Source: Pirellulales bacterium (GTDB lineage: Bacteria > Planctomycetota > Planctomycetia > Pirellulales > Pirellulaceae). From it: DNA of 64,000 nucleotides. The stretch lies in assembly GCA_046349875.1 (NCBI GenBank), contig JAXMBN010000022.1, positions 34,274 through 98,273 on the forward strand, read 5' to 3'. This document shows positions 20,109-29,126 of the stretch, in pieces. A program made the translations under genes and the position numbers. Under the pieces are notes generated by a model. It saw only the letters and a list, made by a program, of their open reading frames with translations, did not search any database and had not been told where the DNA came from. The number at the start of each line of letters is the position of its first letter. Positions within the stretch are counted from its first letter, which is position 1.

Positions 20109-20793
20109 ATGGCTTATCCACGGCGAGACCAACGAGGCGTCGAAATCGTCGCCTCAATCTGCACTGGACGATTCGAGGCAAATCTTGCCAATGCGATTCG
20201 GCGAGACGATGGTCGGCCAACCATCGTGGCAAAGAATCTTATCTTTAACTCTTCGTCAAAGCGCGAGATGGATTGGCATCTAACGTTTGTGGTCGACGTT
20301 TCGGGATCGATGACCTCGTCCGTTGTCTATAGTGCCCTTTGCGCGCTTGATCTTTGCGCAGCTTCTCTTTGTCCATTCGCTTTCTTGCTTTCAGCACACA
20401 AGTTGTTGACCTGAGTGAGCGTAACTGATCCGCTGACTCTGTTGTTGGAGGTTCGGATTGGGCCGGAACTCATATCGGGCTGGGTTACGACACGCTCGAG
20501 CAGGTATACGTCTTACCGCCCCGATCGTTGGTCGTGGTTGTTTCGGACTTTGAAGAAGGTGTCTCTCTGGTGAACTCATAGCGGCTAGAGCATTGGTTGA
20601 GGCTGGAGTCAAATGTCTGGGATTGGCTGCTCTGGACGATAAAGGGGTGGCTCGATTTCATCAGGGATTCGCCCACCTGGTCGCGTCGGCGGGCATGCCC
20701 GTGGCAGCCGTGAGCCCCGAGCGACTAGCGCAATGGGTTGAGGGACCAGATCCGTGGTGTTTAGCCCCGATGGGTCGGGCAACGAACAAGTAG
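20109..20793 (+). pseudogene. von Willebrand factor A (VWA) domain protein (YehP-like), split across three frames.
   Basis: MIDAS DxSGSM in LTFVVDVSGSMTSS (frame 0, stops at 20414). Second MIDAS block LVVVVSDFEEG in frame 2 (20522-20581). C-terminal block LEAGVKCLGLAALDDKGVARF...VAAVSPERLAQWVEG in frame 1 (20593-20793). A possible upstream extension lies in frame 1 from about 19950. Confidence 0.65.
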
Positions 20794-21059
20794 AGACCCA
20801 ACAAGTGAGGGGATAACTTTGCTTGCTACCATCGAACCGTTATTGTGTTCGAGCCTTATCCTTGTGATGAGTCTCGGTTGATTTCACCACGGTGTTGTAG
20901 GCTCTGAAAATAGAGCAACTTGTGCTGGAGGTAACTTTCGCAAAACGCTTTTGCTTCTTGATAGAAAGGGGATGTTCGTCCCATGGGTGAGATTGTCACT
21001 TTGGAGCCAATTCAGGTGGCGGTTCAACGCTTCGGCTCGCCCAACGCATGGCATGCTTC

Positions 21060-21842
21060 TCAAATTGCACCATCGCTCGTTCCACCTCGCGGAAGCGACA
21101 CGGTCGGAATACCCTCATACTCACCCTTCGGATTGGTCCAGATTTGAGTCCACGCTTTTCCTTGAGAGTAGAATCGTTTGAGCCAAAAAGCCGCTAAATC
21201 CGATTCATCCACGTTGGGTGCGGTTAGAACGGCCGCCCGAGCGTACATCATTTCTTTGGAAACGATCTCTGGTTCTTCCCTCCATCGTTGAATCATTTGC
21301 GCATCAACACGCAATCGGTCGCGAGTTGGAAATAAGAATCGATCCACAAAGATCTCATGCTGAAAAGACATGGATCGCAATTGCGGAAACTCGCAATAGA
21401 TAGTCATTTCGGAAAGCGTGCTCGCCTCGTGTTCATTATCGCGAATCTTATTCTTGAAGGTGATCGGATCGGTACACACATGAGCCGAATCCGGTCCATA
21501 GGGCATGGTCGCGGCGTGGCAGATTTCATGGAGATAATAGAGATCCTGCACAAGTGCATTATCATAGGTTCGCAGTTGAATACCGCCCCACCATGGTGAA
21601 AAATGGGGTGCCTCAACGAACTCCTTGTGAACCTTGCCTTGTGGGTCCATTACTTCCACAAAAACCTCGGACGGTTCGTAGAAGAATCGTGGCCTACGTG
21701 CAAATTTCTGAATCAATTTTGCAACAAGCCCTCCCTCATCATACGACTGCCGCAACATCTCCGTCTTGAGAAGTTGATGGCGTATGAACTCCTGACACTC
21801 TTTGGCGTGTGGTAACGCAATTACCTTCTGCATGAAACACAA
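21060..21842 (-). CDS. Hypothetical protein with an HExxH-like motif (possible metallopeptidase-like domain).
   Basis: 260-aa ORF with the motif YYLHEICHAATMPY. It sits immediately after the VWA remnant on the opposite strand. Confidence 0.45.
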   Translation of the reverse strand: MCFMQKVIALPHAKECQEFIRHQLLKTEMLRQSYDEGGLVAKLIQKFARRPRFFYEPSEVFVEVMDPQGKVHKEFVEAPHFSPWWGGIQLRTYDNALVQDLYYLHEICHAATMPYGPDSAHVCTDPITFKNKIRDNEHEASTLSEMTIYCEFPQLRSMSFQHEIFVDRFLFPTRDRLRVDAQMIQRWREEPEIVSKEMMYARAAVLTAPNVDESDLAAFWLKRFYSQGKAWTQIWTNPKGEYEGIPTVSLPRGGTSDGAI

Positions 21843-21851
21843 ACTCCTGGC

Positions 21852-22989
21852 TTATTGCAAAGGATGGTTTCCATCATTCCATTGCTCGTAGTATCGAGCC
21901 TGAACCCTGGGGGTTAATTTCGGATCGATAAGATGAGCCATACGAGCCGTAAGGCATACGCGAACCATCGCTTCACCTTCGGGTCCTCGAAGAAGATATC
22001 GTTCCAGCTCCGATAGACGATCCTTCGGTTTGCCGATCCCCAATAGAAACACATCGGCCGGTTGCAAGTTCCATTGAAATGCCTTGCCGAGAGCGTCGAT
22101 CGTAGCCTTCTGTTGCGGTGCGTATTTGCGAGGAAGTTCGTGCACTTCGTACCGCGTCATGAATGCATGGCCGATGAGAAGCGAAGAGATATTTTTAAAC
22201 CACTTGTTTCCAAATAACCCAAGATATTCTTGGCGAGCCCACATACCTCCGATGCGATGATAGTACATCCCCGCGGGCTTGCTAAGCGAAAAGAAAATGG
22301 CGGCGATATTTGGATAGTGCGTTGGTACTTGAAAATCGCGAGCGACACATCCTACATAGGAAAGGTCGAGCATCAACTCCGCTTGCGGTGCAGAGTTTGC
22401 CATCTCGCCCACGAAGGCATCGTAGTCCGTCCATACATTACCGTCGATGCCTGATGGTTGGCTCAGAAGTACCACTGGTCCCTAGGCTGAACCTGTTCCA
22501 GGACCGACCGCCATTCACTTCGACGATGCGACTTGAGCGGAATCCCCGCCGCGCGGCGTATGCGGCGTATCCTTCGTACTCTCCTTCAAAAACGTGAATG
22601 GTTGGCTCGAACCGCTCTAATCTTGCCTTCGCTCCATAGGAATGAATTGCTTCACGCAATCCTTCGCTGGCACCTGAAGTTGGATAATGGAAGGGAAACT
22701 GATTCGGTTCAAAGGGCACGATGGGCCTGGCCATTCCACCCAGCGATCAAAAAGATTCGTGCACATCGTCTTGCTTCTGGGTCCATGCTTCACGAAAAGC
22801 GTTGTGGTAAGCGTGACGCCCACTTGCATCCATCCCATCCAAAACAGAATCGATGGTAGCTTCAGTTTCGGGCATCACCAGCGCATAGACAATTTTTGAA
22901 ACCCCAGCTTTCGCCAGGCACTCATTGAGTCGTTCGTGCGATGTATTCATGTCGACATTGTGAACAATGTCCCGAACTTTTTCCAGCAT
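21852..22989 (-). pseudogene. Class I/II PLP-dependent aminotransferase, interrupted by an in-frame TGA and one frameshift.
   Basis: Three consecutive minus ORFs (22989-22747, 22734-22438, 22475-21852). They carry YPTSGASEGLREAI and the PLP-lysine block FFSLSKPAGMYYHRIGGMW (SxSKxxGxxxxRxG). The first two share a frame separated by TGA at 22745-22747. The third is shifted. Confidence 0.6.
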
Positions 22990-23304
22990 CCGTTGCGAAA
23001 GCCTACGAACGATTACCAGTTCAGATCATTCCATGGGTCGAATCGGCAAAAAAGTCTTCGAAGGAGAGTAGTTGCCTCTCTTGTCTTTCACTTGATTCGC
23101 CTTGATGACAAGCGATCCGAAGTCAGCATAGAATTCGCTATTGGCTGTATAGTGGACAACCACCAAACGATCGCCAATTTGAACTCGATGAAAATGGCAA
23201 ATTGCAACATTGATCTTGATGCCAACATCCATCCAGTGAGTTCAGCAGTGGATATACTAATCCTATTTTCAAAATCTAGTTTATACGTTGAAAAGGCGTT
23301 TTCT

Positions 23305-24993
23305 ATGTTTTGGCGTTGGCTATGTGCAGCAACTAAGACTTTTGCGTTACCAGCAATCATCTCCCTATGCTATGTTCCATTTGCAGAAGGAAGTCCCAAC
23401 AACATTTACGACGAGCCGGTTCAAATCGTCGAACTTCCGATTCAAATTGTCGACTCAAGCAATCATCCCATCCAAGGTGTTAAAGTCGTTCCTTGGGCAC
23501 TTGGTTGGGCGCAAGGACATGGTTTCTGGGGCTCCTACGATGGAAAACCTGACCAATCGGGCATAGACCCAATGCCCGTTTATTCAGATGCCCATGGAAT
23601 AGCGAAGATCAAATACCCATACTACCGTGATGCGGGCGAGAAGACACGAACGTCGATCGTATCCGTTGCATTTGAACATGATGTGTATTCTCATGAAGAT
23701 GTCGAGCATATCGACGTTCCGATGGCGACGGGCGCAACGCACAAAGTTGTGATGCTGGCATCAAGTTCGATCAACGTATTGCCAATCATCGATAACCAAA
23801 AGGTAGCTCTCGACGATCTCTTTGCACTTTCTAGCAGCCAAAAGCGTTCGCAAAATAATGGCATAACAGAGAAGACAAGTACAGGAAGATTAAGGATGGA
23901 TCGCTTTCATCCTGGCCTCAATAGACTGTATGTCATACGCATGATTGGTGATGAAATAACGCATTTTATTAAATGCCAAAAAGTGGACGTCAAGGAAGGT
24001 ATCGTTCACGAACTCACCGTACCTCTCCTTCCCCCTGCTCAGTTAAAAGGCAAATTGAGCAACAATGTGCCTCGGCCAGTGCGACATGGTCGTGTGATTG
24101 TGCGCACTTTCCCCGAGGAGATGCATTGGGAACAAATGCTTTGGTTGGATTGGACGTCCATCGCGGAGGATGGAACCTTTGTGTTCAATGCGTGGCCCGC
24201 TGGAGAACGCATTCAAATCATTGCCTTGTGCGATGGTTATATTGCCACTTCAGGGTCCTCTCAATCTAAAGAACCCCAAGACCCACAAGATCGCCGCCAT
24301 CGACCTCACATCTTTGAAGTTGGCCATGCTGAAATAGAGATTCCAATGATGCCCCTTGCATCCGTGACGATAACCGTAACCGATGCGAATAAGATGCCGA
24401 TCAGTGGACTCGATGTTTCCGCGTCACCGAACGTTCACTGGTGGGATAACATCGCACAAATCTATGCTGGCAAGTTGACCCAAGGAGAAAAGAGAATTCG
24501 CGATAGCAATTATCGCGGATCGAAGGAAGGCAATTTCCCGGATCCATTTCGGGGAAAAACGAACTCACATGGATCCGTCACTTTCCAACTTCCTCCCGGA
24601 ATTCAATGCTTTGACATCGTTAGTGACCAGTATGAATTCCCAGTCGACTTAGGTGAGAGATCACCGAGACACATCATCGAGATGGGACAACCACTTTCCA
24701 TCGCTCTTCAAGTGCAGAAGAAAGGGACAGAGCATCTTGGGGATTGGGATAAGCTGGCAGGTATCGTGTTCGGTTGCTCCACAGAAGAAGGGCAAAAATT
24801 CCTTAAGCTACCTGGAATGCATGATAAAATAGATTCCTTTGTCAAACGATTTCGGGATGCCAAGAATCAAAAAGATCCAGCTTTGCTTGCCGACGCTTAC
24901 TTAATTCTCGCCGACGCCCTTTTCAGTGCGGGTGATAAGGAAGAAGCCCTCAAATGGCGACAAAAATCGAAAGAGCTGCGACAAAAACAATAG
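23305..24993 (+). CDS. Secreted hypothetical protein (about 563 aa) with a signal peptide and repeated beta-sandwich-like segments.
   Basis: MFWRWLCAATKTFALPAIISLCYVPFAEG signal peptide. The ORF track begins at 22936, but that upstream part runs through an AT-rich intergenic stretch (22990-23304). Confidence 0.6.
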   Translation: MFWRWLCAATKTFALPAIISLCYVPFAEGSPNNIYDEPVQIVELPIQIVDSSNHPIQGVKVVPWALGWAQGHGFWGSYDGKPDQSGIDPMPVYSDAHGIAKIKYPYYRDAGEKTRTSIVSVAFEHDVYSHEDVEHIDVPMATGATHKVVMLASSSINVLPIIDNQKVALDDLFALSSSQKRSQNNGITEKTSTGRLRMDRFHPGLNRLYVIRMIGDEITHFIKCQKVDVKEGIVHELTVPLLPPAQLKGKLSNNVPRPVRHGRVIVRTFPEEMHWEQMLWLDWTSIAEDGTFVFNAWPAGERIQIIALCDGYIATSGSSQSKEPQDPQDRRHRPHIFEVGHAEIEIPMMPLASVTITVTDANKMPISGLDVSASPNVHWWDNIAQIYAGKLTQGEKRIRDSNYRGSKEGNFPDPFRGKTNSHGSVTFQLPPGIQCFDIVSDQYEFPVDLGERSPRHIIEMGQPLSIALQVQKKGTEHLGDWDKLAGIVFGCSTEEGQKFLKLPGMHDKIDSFVKRFRDAKNQKDPALLADAYLILADALFSAGDKEEALKWRQKSKELRQKQ

Positions 24994-25113
24994 GCTCTCG
25001 CGTACATAGATCACTCCACGGATGGTTGTGACTCAGGTATTGTTGTCACAGCATCGCTATGATTGCATCGAGTTATTGCCAGTTGAAATAAGAAGCTTAA
25101 TGAGGTTCCTTCG

Positions 25114-26583
25114 ATGTCCTTGCTTTGGCTACTGTACCTTTCTACGGCGTTGCTCGTGGAGCAAACAGATTCGATGAATGCCGAATGGAGGCAGTTTCGC
25201 GGTCCCAATGGACAAGGGATTTTGAAAGGTGATACTCGGCTGCCCGAGAAGTTAGAGGAATCGAATCTCGCATGGAAGATTAACTGTCCGGCTGGACATT
25301 CTTCTCCCATCGTCGTCGGCGATCGCATCATCGTTTCTGGCTACGAAGCCAAAACGCTTTTTGTCGATTGCTATCGACTTACCGATGGCGGATTGATTTG
25401 GCGGAAGGAACTGAATGTCGAGCAGCTCGAGAAATTTCATCCCCAACATGGACCTGCAAGTAGCACGCCCGTTTGCGATGGAAAACATATCATCGCAAGC
25501 TTCGGAAGTTTAGGAATCCTAGCGATGGATTTGGATGGTCGCGAGCTATGGCGAAGGGAGTTCGATCGATCGCCTAACATGTTCGGCACTGCATCCTCTC
25601 CCATTCTTTACGACTCGAAACTATTCTCTTTTTATGCCAACGAAAAGGAATCCTTGTTGCAGTGCCTTGAAACTTCGACCGGAAAGGTACTCTGGGAACG
25701 CAAGCGAGAAGGACCGGCCTCCAGTTGGTCGACACCAACGCTCTTTGATACGCCTAAGGGCCCAATCCTGCTTTTCTATGAACCGTACAAACTGCGAGCA
25801 TGCAGTATCGATGGTCAGGATTTGTGGAGTGTACCTGGATTGGCTGATGAACCGATCACGATTCCACAAATCCTCGGTGATTTGGTGATCACCACTTCTT
25901 ACAACCTTCGAACCAATCAAGAAGCGATTGGACTCCCCACCTTTCAAGCTCTACTTCAAGAGTGCGATAAGAATGGAGACCAGCTCATTGACCTCGAGGA
26001 ATCGAAAGCGAACAAGAGCATTCTTTCACGGCCCGACGCTGATGGACAAGGGGACCACCCTCTACGCATGTTTTTCAAGCTCTTGGATGAAGACAAAAGC
26101 GGTACCGTTAGTGAAATGGAATGGCCCCGCATTCATCGCTGGATGGATCCTTGGAAACACGCCAATGGTTTCGTTGCCATACTGCTCGATGCGCAGGGAG
26201 AATCACCTCAACTGGCATGGCAATGCGATCGAGGCGTACCCGAGTGTCCCACGCCCATCGTGATAGGATCCAAGCTAATTGCCGTCCGAAATGGAGGCAC
26301 CGTCACATGTGTGAATGGACATACGGGTGCAATGCTCCATCAAGAGCGACTGGCTGGTGGTGGTCCGTACTATGCTTCTCCCGTTGCAGGCGACGACAAA
26401 ATTTACTTCGCTTCTGCGCGCGGCCAAGTGACGATTGCAAGGCTACAAAACGACGCGATTGTCGTCATCTCGAAGACTCAACTGAACGAAACCATTCAAG
26501 CCACTCCCGCGCTCTGCAAGGCAGGCTTGATCCTACGCACAGATTCCTCCTTGCGACTTTATCGTTCTAAACCAAATCTTTGA
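25114..26583 (+). CDS. PQQ-like beta-propeller repeat protein (BamB-like fold) with two EF-hand-like calcium-binding loops.
   Basis: Signal peptide, then repeated propeller-blade-like segments such as PIVVGDRIIVSGY and LWRREFD. EF-hand-like loops DKNGDQLIDLEE and DEDKSGTVSEMEW. Confidence 0.65.
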   Translation: MSLLWLLYLSTALLVEQTDSMNAEWRQFRGPNGQGILKGDTRLPEKLEESNLAWKINCPAGHSSPIVVGDRIIVSGYEAKTLFVDCYRLTDGGLIWRKELNVEQLEKFHPQHGPASSTPVCDGKHIIASFGSLGILAMDLDGRELWRREFDRSPNMFGTASSPILYDSKLFSFYANEKESLLQCLETSTGKVLWERKREGPASSWSTPTLFDTPKGPILLFYEPYKLRACSIDGQDLWSVPGLADEPITIPQILGDLVITTSYNLRTNQEAIGLPTFQALLQECDKNGDQLIDLEESKANKSILSRPDADGQGDHPLRMFFKLLDEDKSGTVSEMEWPRIHRWMDPWKHANGFVAILLDAQGESPQLAWQCDRGVPECPTPIVIGSKLIAVRNGGTVTCVNGHTGAMLHQERLAGGGPYYASPVAGDDKIYFASARGQVTIARLQNDAIVVISKTQLNETIQATPALCKAGLILRTDSSLRLYRSKPNL

Positions 26584-27017
26584 AGTACGATGGCTATTGA
26601 TTTCGCAACCTTCACTTAAGTCGATCATTTCTCACTAATCGTTCCCTACATCGGATTCGTACTCGGCCTTCACGCAAAAGAAAATTCGCACTTTCAAATG
26701 TGTTAATATTGGCAAGCAAGACACAACTCTGCTCAATGGACGGCGTTTGGTTCAAGCGTTAAGCTACATGAAGAATTTGCCTCGACCGATGGGACTAAAT
26801 AACTTCGCAATCAATCTTCCAACTTGAGCGAACATCAAGTAGGCATTGCACTAAAGTAATAATAGAAACGCGTCCAACAGCCTTTGGGTTGCGCGAGTCG
26901 GCGATCTCCCACGATTGGTGGTCAATAACCGTGAAGAACAGAGTTTAATCGTTTGAGACGCGAAAGTGGTGCGAGAATCAGTTCTGCGATTGGCGGACCA
27001 TCATTTTGCTTTAGGAT

Positions 27018-29126
27018 GTGGCAATGGTGAAACCAAATTCAATTCCTGCGGAAATGAAACAGTGGGGCAAAGGTCATCGGAACAGATCGCCGTGGAACTC
27101 TCCCGCTGCCCGAGTTGCGGGACTCTATTACCTAGTAGGCATCTTATGGATTCTAAGTTCTGACTTCACCCTCATACAACTGGGAGGATTAACAGCATCT
27201 GGCGTTCCAGTTTCCATAGGCAAAGGTGCGGCTTTTGTCTTCTTGTCGACGGGACTAGTCTATTGGCTTAGTCTTCGCGAATATCAAAAGAACAATCGCG
27301 TCATGTCGCTACTGCACGCCGTCGTGGAGGGAACCTCCGATGCTGTTTTCGTCAAGGATCGCGAAGGAAAGTACTTGCTTTTGAATTCTGCTGCTGCTCG
27401 CTTTATGGGGTGTTCGATTCCAGAAGCGCTTGGACATGACGACAGCCACGTTTTTGAAGCAAGTCAATCGCAACAGTTGATGGCGAGAGATCAGAAGATC
27501 ATGGAGGGAGGGCAAGTCGTAACGATCGAGGAAACGTTAACGTCCGAGGGAATTACACGCGTCTACCAAGCCACTAAAGGGCCTTTCGTGGATGATGACG
27601 GTACGATTCTCGGGCTGATCGGAGTTAGCCGCGATATCACGGAACAACGTCTAGCTCATGAACTAGCTCATGAACGCGAGCTATTACTACAGAACGCGGT
27701 GGAGATCGCAGAGCTTGGAATCATCGAAGTCGACTATCGCACGCAAAGTGCCAAACTGTCTGCTCGTGCATTGGAACAATTCGGTTTTTCCCCAAGCGAC
27801 AGAGTGACGCGTGCCGAACTTCACGCGAGGATTCATGTCGATGATTTTGAACAGCTTCAAAAGCTAATTTCCGCTTCGCTCGATCCGACAGGCTCTGGCT
27901 GGTTTGCATGCGAACATCGCGTATGCCACCCCGATGGTGCCATTCGTTGGCTGAATGTGCGCAAGCAAGTCTCCTTTTCCAATGGAACGCCGGAACGCGC
28001 TTTGGTTGTAACGATTGATGTGACCGAGCGCAAACAAGCCGAAGATCGTTTTCATGAGCAAGAATTACTGATTCGCGAAGCGGCCGAACTTGCCATCGTA
28101 GGTGGGTGGGGATTTGATCCCTTCACTTTACGATCCGATTGGACACCCGCGGTGGCTCGAATGTATGGGCTGGACCCAGAGTCGCCGCCTCCAGTGACCG
28201 GTGCGCTAGAATTTTTCAGCGATCAACAACGCCCGGCGCTCGAAGCGGCGCTTCAAGATGCGATGCAAAAAGGAACGCCGCATGACATGGAGTTGGAATT
28301 AAAATCTGCCGACGGGCAACAACGTTGGGTGCGAACCATCTGTCGACCGATCGTTGAAAACGGAAAAGTCATCCGAGTCCGTGGATCGCTTCAAGACATC
28401 ACAGATCGCAAACGGGTTGAAGCCGAGTTGCGAAAGAGTGAAGAGCGTTACCGACTACTGTTTGAGTCCAATCCGCATCCCATGTGGGTTTTTGATCTGA
28501 ATACGCTAGAGTTTCAGGCGATCAATGATGCCGCTATCGATGCTTATGGTTATTCGCGCGAAGAGTTTTTGCAACGGAAGGTCCACGATATCGAGTCGGA
28601 CAAGCTCGCCATCAACTTCCTACTCACCAAAGCCCATGATCCCTCATCTCAATTGACCACGATATATGGAAAACACCGTCGCAAAGATGGAAGTCTCTTT
28701 GAAGTTGAGCTTTCCTGCCATGATTTTCCGCAAGGAAATGGATTATCCAGACTCGTCATGGCCTTGGATATTTCAGCAAGAAAGAAAGCCGAAACAGAAT
28801 TGTATGCAAGCGAGCGCCGCTTGCGATTGGCATTGGATGCCGCAGGAGCCTCTGCCTTTGTTTGGGATATCCCCAATGATTCGATTACCGGCTATTACAG
28901 TCGAAAATCATCGCAATCGGTAGACACACATAACATTGGATCTTTGTCTGATGTACGCCAGCACATCTTGCCCGAAGACCTTCCAGCATTTGATGCTCGG
29001 CTGAACGCGTGCCTCGAAGATGGAACCGACTACCGAAATCAATACCGCATTGTCACTCTCGACGGCAAGGTCAACATTTTGAAGACTACGGTTTTCTTGA
29101 ACGTTCACCCGAGGGTGTACCGCTAA
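27018..29126 (+). CDS. Multi-PAS/PAC sensor protein. N-terminal fragment of a frameshifted PAS / histidine kinase / receiver gene.
   Basis: Two TM segments, then at least four PAS/PAC units (SDAVFVKDREGKYLLLNSAA; DITEQR; DVTERKQAE; DITDRKRVE). The ORF ends abruptly inside a PAC motif at a TTTT run (29077-29080). Confidence 0.7.
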   Translation: MAMVKPNSIPAEMKQWGKGHRNRSPWNSPAARVAGLYYLVGILWILSSDFTLIQLGGLTASGVPVSIGKGAAFVFLSTGLVYWLSLREYQKNNRVMSLLHAVVEGTSDAVFVKDREGKYLLLNSAAARFMGCSIPEALGHDDSHVFEASQSQQLMARDQKIMEGGQVVTIEETLTSEGITRVYQATKGPFVDDDGTILGLIGVSRDITEQRLAHELAHERELLLQNAVEIAELGIIEVDYRTQSAKLSARALEQFGFSPSDRVTRAELHARIHVDDFEQLQKLISASLDPTGSGWFACEHRVCHPDGAIRWLNVRKQVSFSNGTPERALVVTIDVTERKQAEDRFHEQELLIREAAELAIVGGWGFDPFTLRSDWTPAVARMYGLDPESPPPVTGALEFFSDQQRPALEAALQDAMQKGTPHDMELELKSADGQQRWVRTICRPIVENGKVIRVRGSLQDITDRKRVEAELRKSEERYRLLFESNPHPMWVFDLNTLEFQAINDAAIDAYGYSREEFLQRKVHDIESDKLAINFLLTKAHDPSSQLTTIYGKHRRKDGSLFEVELSCHDFPQGNGLSRLVMALDISARKKAETELYASERRLRLALDAAGASAFVWDIPNDSITGYYSRKSSQSVDTHNIGSLSDVRQHILPEDLPAFDARLNACLEDGTDYRNQYRIVTLDGKVNILKTTVFLNVHPRVYR

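Noticed and set aside
17186-20232. Minus-strand ORFs of 60-180 aa across the 17-20-kb region.
   Set aside because: All are Arg/Pro/Ser-rich with no motifs. The plus strand carries the protein-like fragments, so these are antisense artefacts.
22936-23304. The N-terminal 123 codons of ORF 22936..24993.
   Set aside because: The frame is open only by chance through an AT-rich intergenic region. A clean signal peptide begins at the ATG at 23305, and the stretch would overlap the convergent aminotransferase remnant.
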